The notes under the pieces are model-generated. The model ran no database searches. It saw nothing but the letters and a program-made list of their open reading frames with translations, and was not told the DNA's origin. Shown piece after piece: positions 45,270-50,552 of a DNA stretch of 50,552 nt. Location of the stretch: IMG/VR virus record IMGVR_UViG_3300031951_000243, positions 1 through 50,552 of that record. One strand, written 5' to 3'. The DNA comes from a virus (lineage: Duplodnaviria > Caudoviricetes). Numbering within the stretch: the first letter of the stretch is position 1; each line of letters begins with the position of its first letter. Made by a program: the position numbers and the translations under genes.

Positions 45270-46217
45270 TTAAAATTTAATACATGCAAGTAAAGCGGTG
45301 TTTAATGGTCTAGTTTCGCTAGTTCCAAAAGCACTACTAAGACCATAGTTAGCATCGCCGGTAGCTACGCCCGAAAGGTTTGCTCTAGTGTTATCTCTAT
45401 TACCGGGGTTATAGTCCCCAGACCAAGCATTTATATCACTTAAGTTCTGGGTTCTACCGGCGCTATTAACTGCATAATGGCGGTGAGCTAAAAAATCACT
45501 ACCCTGATTAGAACCAAACCCACGACCGGGGTCTAGCCCGCGCCCATCATCCCAACCACGTATAAACTGCCCTCTAAGATCAGGTACATTAAAACTACCG
45601 CCCCCACCGCCAAACGTATAACCAATAGCAGCAAATAAATCAGGATAAGTAGCTGTTGAAAGTGATGCTCCGTTTGCCTTCAAATACCCTGTTGGAGGTG
45701 TGCTAACTGCGCTGTATGTAATGCTGCCCGCAGGTACAACATATGATGAAGAAGTTATCCATGAAGGTGCACCCGCCCCGCCAGAAGTAAATATTTGCCC
45801 TAACGCCCCAGCAGCTAACAACGAAAATACATCCGTACCAGAGGCATATAGCAGTTGACCCGCAGATGCTCCGAGCCCAAACGTATCTATAGTTGACCCA
45901 TCTACATTTACTGAACGGGTAGCTGTATAAGATACGAATACGTCTTTAGTTCCGCCAGAAAAATTTGTCTTAGTCGGCGCTCCCGCGCTAGATGCTAATA
46001 CAGTATCACGAGACAACGTAGTTCCAGAAGCTGTGTAAGTACCAATACCTACTTCCCATTCATTAGTACCTTGACCTGCTATGCAATAGTAGGTGGTGTT
46101 GCCATCGCCAATTACCGCAAAAGATTGAAACCCTAAGACCGCACCAGCAAGCGTAACAGTACCAGTACCAGTTGTAATGGTAGTTTCTTTTATGCGATCT
46201 GCTAGTACTAAAGGCAT
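45270..46217 (-). CDS. Tail fibre / collar-domain protein, paralogue 2
   Basis: Same architecture as its neighbours. Confidence 0.85.
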   Translation of the reverse strand: MPLVLADRIKETTITTGTGTVTLAGAVLGFQSFAVIGDGNTTYYCIAGQGTNEWEVGIGTYTASGTTLSRDTVLASSAGAPTKTNFSGGTKDVFVSYTATRSVNVDGSTIDTFGLGASAGQLLYASGTDVFSLLAAGALGQIFTSGGAGAPSWITSSSYVVPAGSITYSAVSTPPTGYLKANGASLSTATYPDLFAAIGYTFGGGGGSFNVPDLRGQFIRGWDDGRGLDPGRGFGSNQGSDFLAHRHYAVNSAGRTQNLSDINAWSGDYNPGNRDNTRANLSGVATGDANYGLSSAFGTSETRPLNTALLACIKF

Positions 46218-46229
46218 ATTTATCTACTG

Positions 46230-47174
46230 TTAAAATTTAATACACGCAAGTAAAGCTACGTTAGTTGGCCGAGACTCACCACCGCCTGCGGAACTCATTA
46301 GACCAAAGTTTGGAGTACCAACTACGCCCGCGAGAACAGGCTTAAAATTATCGTTATTTATCGGGTTATAAAACCCGGATAGAAAATTTGAAGCAGATAA
46401 ATTCTGAGTTCGAGAGCCGTTGTTTACTACGTAGTGAAGGTGGAAAGCATTATCACCACCTTGGTTTGTTCCGAATCCCCGCCCCGAATCAATCCCCCGA
46501 CCATCATCCCAAGTTCGTATAAATTGCCCCCTGAGATCGGGAACATTAAAACTAGCCCCACCCCCGCCGAACGTATAACCAATAGCGGAAAATAGATTGG
46601 AGTAAGTAGTTGTTGAAAGTGATGCTCCGTTTGCTTTTAAATAGCCAGCGGGCGGCGTACTAGCGGCAAAACACCAGACAGTCCCCGCAGGCACACCATA
46701 CGATGAAGCATTAGCCCATGAAGGGGCTGCGGTCGAATTAGAAACTAAAAATTGCCCAGACGTGCCAGCAGCTAGTAGCGAGAATACATCTGTACCTGAC
46801 GCGTATAGCAATTGACCAGCAGATGCTCCTAATCCAGCCGTATCTATGTTTGAGCCGTCAACATTTACGGAACGCGAAGCAGGGTAAGTTACAAATACGT
46901 CTTTAGTCCCACCTGAGAACGTAGTCTTAGTCGGCGCACCTGCACTCGATGCAAGTACGGTATCACGGGACAGTGTTGTACCGGAGGCTGTATAGGTGCC
47001 AATACCCACCTCCCACTCGTTAGTACCTTGACCTGCTATGCAATAGTAGGTGGTATTGCCATCACCAATAACAGAAAAAGACTGAAAGCCAGTTGAAGCA
47101 CCGAGAAGCGTAACAGTGCCAGTACCATTAGTGGTAGTCGTTTCCTTAACACGATCCGCTAATACCAACGGCAT
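46230..47174 (-). CDS. Tail fibre / collar-domain protein, paralogue 1
   Basis: Same architecture as its neighbours. Confidence 0.85.
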   Translation of the reverse strand: MPLVLADRVKETTTTNGTGTVTLLGASTGFQSFSVIGDGNTTYYCIAGQGTNEWEVGIGTYTASGTTLSRDTVLASSAGAPTKTTFSGGTKDVFVTYPASRSVNVDGSNIDTAGLGASAGQLLYASGTDVFSLLAAGTSGQFLVSNSTAAPSWANASSYGVPAGTVWCFAASTPPAGYLKANGASLSTTTYSNLFSAIGYTFGGGGASFNVPDLRGQFIRTWDDGRGIDSGRGFGTNQGGDNAFHLHYVVNNGSRTQNLSASNFLSGFYNPINNDNFKPVLAGVVGTPNFGLMSSAGGGESRPTNVALLACIKF

Positions 47175-47182
47175 TGTTTACC

Positions 47183-48697
47183 TCAAACTGTGTCTATTAC
47201 TTGCCAGTCGCCGGGCTCGTCCGTATTTACCGCACTCCAACTCGGTGATGTGTCGGTGTCTATGTTTTGCCAATTGTTTGTCTGCTCTGTACCAATTAGC
47301 CCCCAGCCCGGAGTCGTAGTGCTATTTATATCTTGCCAGTCCGCGTTCTGTGCATCGTTAATTAATTCCCACAGGTACCGCGCAAAGTTTGAGTCGAAGA
47401 GTCTAGCTTGCTCTTGTACCGCCGCAAGTATGTTTGCTGTTGCTACTTGTATATTATTTAACTGTACATCCTCGTCAATATCTGCTGCAAAATCAGCTTG
47501 CGCGGCTTGAGCCGCACTTAAATTAGCTTCTTCTGCAACCGCGCTTACAAAATCAACTTGTGCTGCTTCTGTATCACTAAAGTCTGCTGTCTCGTCCTGC
47601 GTTGCGTTAACTGTGGCTATCGCGGCAGTAATCGCATCAAACTGAACCTCCTCGTCTATGTTAGCGCTAAAGTCCGCTTGCGCTGAAGCCGCTGCACTTG
47701 CGTTAACTTCTTCGTCTTGCGCTGCTACAAAGTCTGCTTGTGCTGCTTCGGTGCTACTTACATTTATTGACTCGCTACGCGCAGCAGAGGTGATCCGTAG
47801 GCCAGCAACTGTTGCGTCAAACTGAACGTCTTCATCTATATCTACGTTTAAGTTAACTTGCGTTGCAGCCGTTGCACTCGCATTAACTTCCTCCGCCTGC
47901 GCTGCTATAAAACTAGCCTGTACCGCAAAAGTTGCGCTTGTGTCTACTTCTTCTGCTATAGAGCCAAATGCGGTCTGTACGCCAGAAACCGTGCTAACCA
48001 TCGCAACACGGTCTTCAACAACATTGATAAGTACCGAAGTTCCGATATTTAAATCATAAGCCGTTATTGCTTCGTCAATAGCCGCCGCACCTAAAATGTC
48101 TGCGTCTACGGCGCTACTGACATGCCCTTCTTCGGTTATTGCACCGTTTGCTGTTTGTGCGCCTGATACTACTGCATTAAACGACGCAGACTCTGCTAAT
48201 GCGCTAACAAAATTAACTTGGCTAACATCTACCCAACTGAAATTTGCCGCTTCTGCTACTACAGCGCCAGCCGTCTGTAACCCTGATACGACCGCGTCAA
48301 ACTGTGCGTCCTCATCAATCTGCCCATCAAACACTACTTGCGCTGAAAGCGCCGCACTTACGTTTATAGACTCAGCACTATCCGCAAATACAAACCGCTC
48401 GTCGTTAACTGCGTCTAATAAATTAACTGTTTCAGCTACTACTCCAACAGCGGTTTGCGCCCCGGATACAACAGCGTCAAACTGAGCATCTTCGTCAATC
48501 TGCCCGTCGAATACTACTTGCGCTGCAAATACTTCGCTTACATTAAGTGCTTCCGCTCTTGCCGCTACAAACGTAACAACACTGCTTTCTACCGAAGAAC
48601 AGTTTACTGCTTCATCAACATTAACGTATAAGACTTGCCCGCCGGTTACGGGTAACGCGGAAAAAGGCGCTTCTGAGAGAGCCGAAAACCCAAACAT
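47183..48697 (-). CDS. Acidic repetitive virion-associated protein
   Basis: FGFSALSEAPFS N-terminus; ~18-aa repeats (IDEDxQFDA / AQxDF); Trp-spaced C-terminal repeats. Confidence 0.7.
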   Translation of the reverse strand: MFGFSALSEAPFSALPVTGGQVLYVNVDEAVNCSSVESSVVTFVAARAEALNVSEVFAAQVVFDGQIDEDAQFDAVVSGAQTAVGVVAETVNLLDAVNDERFVFADSAESINVSAALSAQVVFDGQIDEDAQFDAVVSGLQTAGAVVAEAANFSWVDVSQVNFVSALAESASFNAVVSGAQTANGAITEEGHVSSAVDADILGAAAIDEAITAYDLNIGTSVLINVVEDRVAMVSTVSGVQTAFGSIAEEVDTSATFAVQASFIAAQAEEVNASATAATQVNLNVDIDEDVQFDATVAGLRITSAARSESINVSSTEAAQADFVAAQDEEVNASAAASAQADFSANIDEEVQFDAITAAIATVNATQDETADFSDTEAAQVDFVSAVAEEANLSAAQAAQADFAADIDEDVQLNNIQVATANILAAVQEQARLFDSNFARYLWELINDAQNADWQDINSTTTPGWGLIGTEQTNNWQNIDTDTSPSWSAVNTDEPGDWQVIDTV

Positions 48698-48712
48698 GCG
48701 CCTTTACCCTTT

Positions 48713-48892
48713 TTACGCAGCAGTCAGTTCTGCCTCATCAAACCAACGAGAATGCGCCGCGCCATTAGTATCAGTCCATGAAATAAGGTACGAAAAATTA
48801 CCATCCTCATCCATACGTAAAGCCTCAACCGGGCCTTGCGGCACTACCGCAATCAACTTAACAGTGTCGCCCTTTTTAAACATGGTAGCCAT
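48713..48892 (-). CDS. 59-aa small beta protein, YodC/DUF2158-like (not in ORF track)
   Basis: AGGAG RBS; FKKGDTVKL...W.....RWFDEAEL. Confidence 0.65.
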   Translation of the reverse strand: MATMFKKGDTVKLIAVVPQGPVEALRMDEDGNFSYLISWTDTNGAAHSRWFDEAELTAA

Positions 48893-48905
48893 AGTTACTC
48901 CTTAA

Positions 48906-49478
48906 TTAAACAGCGTCAGCCGAGAAGGTGTAAGTGACGTTCAGCGTATCGCCGCTTGCCACAAGTTTGTCACCGCCAGTGAAATCACCTTCCGAGAACA
49001 GGATGCCTGATGTACCCGACGCCACCGTCGCCAAGAATGCGCCCGCAACAGTTGTCGTGTTGTTGATGTTAAACACCGCAGGGCTACCAGAGTTATCGAT
49101 CACAGACGGGTCAGCCAAGGTGGGCGTGCCAAACGTCACAGCCTTACGACTACCAGAATAGTTTGTATCTTCCGTCCAGCCAACGTGCGACGCTAGGGTA
49201 TCTGTAGGATCGAACACCGTGCCCGAGCCGGGGCCAAGCACTAGGCCCAGATACCAAGCAGCGGTATAGCCCGACGCTTTGAAGTATTTGTTGTTCAGGT
49301 CTTGCAGACCTTCGTTAACGACGAGGTTGTGGAAATTGTCTTCCCACTTCTTTACACCGTCAGGGCCGAAGCACTCGACCTTAAATACACCACCTAGTTT
49401 TACGCGACCATCGCTAGTCGTGAGTGCGCCCACGCCAGCCTGAACAGTCTCACCCATTTGCGATTTTGCGATAGGCAT
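48906..49478 (-). CDS. Virion structural protein
   Basis: AGGAG RBS before ATG 49478; KWED..NLVVNEG..WYLGL..GDTLNVTYT. Confidence 0.75.
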   Translation of the reverse strand: MPIAKSQMGETVQAGVGALTTSDGRVKLGGVFKVECFGPDGVKKWEDNFHNLVVNEGLQDLNNKYFKASGYTAAWYLGLVLGPGSGTVFDPTDTLASHVGWTEDTNYSGSRKAVTFGTPTLADPSVIDNSGSPAVFNINNTTTVAGAFLATVASGTSGILFSEGDFTGGDKLVASGDTLNVTYTFSADAV

Positions 49479-49489
49479 GATTACACTCC

Positions 49490-49921
49490 TCAAGGAAAAC
49501 GAATTAAAGCCGTCGTTGCCGTATTCGCTGGCATAGTGACGGTGTTGTTTGTCGAAGTAAACGTCTTGTCCGAACCAAAGTCCAGCACTGCTACGGTCTT
49601 GTTACTACGAGTGGTGTTGTAGATCAGCGCACCACGCGCTGTGAAGTTAGCACCGGGCCATGACACATCAGCAAAGTCCACATACACCGTGCCAGCGTTA
49701 GGGCCTGTAGTCTGGGTGCTAATAGTCACGCCCGTCATGGTCACGCCGCCCGCTGTATAACCTGTACCGGTCACTTCATTCGCCGTTGTGTACACAGTAG
49801 TCAACTGCCCAATATCAGAGAACGCCGTGTACAACGCCATCTTCAACGTGTCGGTCGCCAAGTTCTGCCCCGCTTGGAGCATCTCTTGTTTGAAGCTGTT
49901 TGTCAGTCCTTGCTGGATCAC
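49490..49921 (-). CDS. Virion structural protein
   Basis: SFKQEML..LKMALYT..YTAGG..ARGALIYN..VLDFGSDKT. Confidence 0.75.
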   Translation of the reverse strand: MIQQGLTNSFKQEMLQAGQNLATDTLKMALYTAFSDIGQLTTVYTTANEVTGTGYTAGGVTMTGVTISTQTTGPNAGTVYVDFADVSWPGANFTARGALIYNTTRSNKTVAVLDFGSDKTFTSTNNTVTMPANTATTALIRFP

Positions 49922-50550
49922 GGCATCACCTTAATCTTCGCCTGACCATCGCGGTACGCATCGCCACGCTCCAGACCTGTACCCAGACGATTGAGCTGAC
50001 CCATAGCCTCTTGGTATTTCTTCTCGTACTGAGCCGTCATATCCTGCTCACCTTTCAAGAAGGTGTACGCCTCAACCAACGTGCCATATAACAGAACGGG
50101 CGAGTAGTTGTCGCCCAGCCACGTGCGCCCATCAGCAGCAGTCGTGATTGACTCAGGGTAGTAGTAATAATGCAGCTCGACGTTGTACAGGATGTCAGGG
50201 GTCGGGCCAAGAATAAAACTTAGCTCATCTGAAATAACGCTGGATGCAACGGTTGGGCCAAACAACGCGTAATACTTCGGAATCCCTGTGGTACTCGGAT
50301 TTGGGTATGCAGCCCGGATGAAGTTCACATCTTTGTTCAGCAAGTACTCATAGTTGCCATCGCCATCGATTACTGCCATCGAGAAGACTGACAAGAAGTC
50401 AGTCGGGCAGGACAAGTATTGATTGCCGCCGGTGGTAACACCCGTGACGTTCTTGCGGAGCGCAGGAATCTGTACCGTGTTGTAAACGCGCTCTTCAGCT
50501 TGCTGGATAAACAGGTCAATCTGATCAGTACCATCAGACGTAATAAGTCC
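49918..50550 (-). CDS. Head-tail adaptor / tail tubular A-like protein, 5'-truncated by the window end
   Basis: Frame stays open to the window edge (FIQQAEERVYN..LRKN); GIPKYYA, LGPTPD and LLYGTLVEAY motifs. Confidence 0.7.
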   Translation of the reverse strand, partial: GLITSDGTDQIDLFIQQAEERVYNTVQIPALRKNVTGVTTGGNQYLSCPTDFLSVFSMAVIDGDGNYEYLLNKDVNFIRAAYPNPSTTGIPKYYALFGPTVASSVISDELSFILGPTPDILYNVELHYYYYPESITTAADGRTWLGDNYSPVLLYGTLVEAYTFLKGEQDMTAQYEKKYQEAMGQLNRLGTGLERGDAYRDGQAKIKVMP

Positions 50551-50552
50551 TG

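Noticed and set aside
44313-47174. Diversity-generating retroelement or invertible shufflon acting on the fibres
   Set aside because: No reverse transcriptase or recombinase in the window, all copies are in the same orientation, and the differences do not appear adenine-specific.
25270-50091. Numerous + strand ORFs opposite the structural genes, and likewise - strand ORFs opposite the early genes
   Set aside because: Shadow frames of long genes, without clear RBS or recognisable motifs.

Overview
Partial genome of a tailed dsDNA phage, probably podovirus-like; a Proteobacteria/Burkholderiales-type host is an inference from gene content. The + strand arm (0.9-25.1 kb) carries early and host-takeover genes, a MoxR-like AAA + VWA/peptidase module, many small accessory ORFs and a replication module (VRR-NUC, family A DNA polymerase, Cas4-like exonuclease, HNH, SNF2 helicase, SSB-like protein, primase-helicase). 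The - strand arm (25.1-50.5 kb) carries virion genes (a 2494-aa polyvalent ejection protein, tail proteins, three tandem tail-fibre paralogues) and a lysis cassette (GH19 endolysin, holin candidates, Rz/Rz1). Terminase, portal and capsid are not in the window, and I saw no integrase. The standout locus is 8248-10745. It has a solo Cas7/RAMP-like gene, a structured leader, a 1.18-kb non-coding array and a conserved downstream gene. The array has 21 units built from about 217 GGY-NN pentamers, each unit closed by GGTAA-GGCA, with unit lengths almost always 5n+4. Reading only the variable NN dinucleotides as codon positions 1-2 gives a helicase-type Walker A (GGQGAGKGS) and a terminase-type Walker A (PRQxGK). 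This points to an RNA-guided system using a gapped, wobble-skipping code against other phages. A second candidate system is a ~70-nt sRNA at 25075-25147 whose loop is antisense to the CCTTGGAGAAA ribosome-binding motif shared by up to nine + strand genes.
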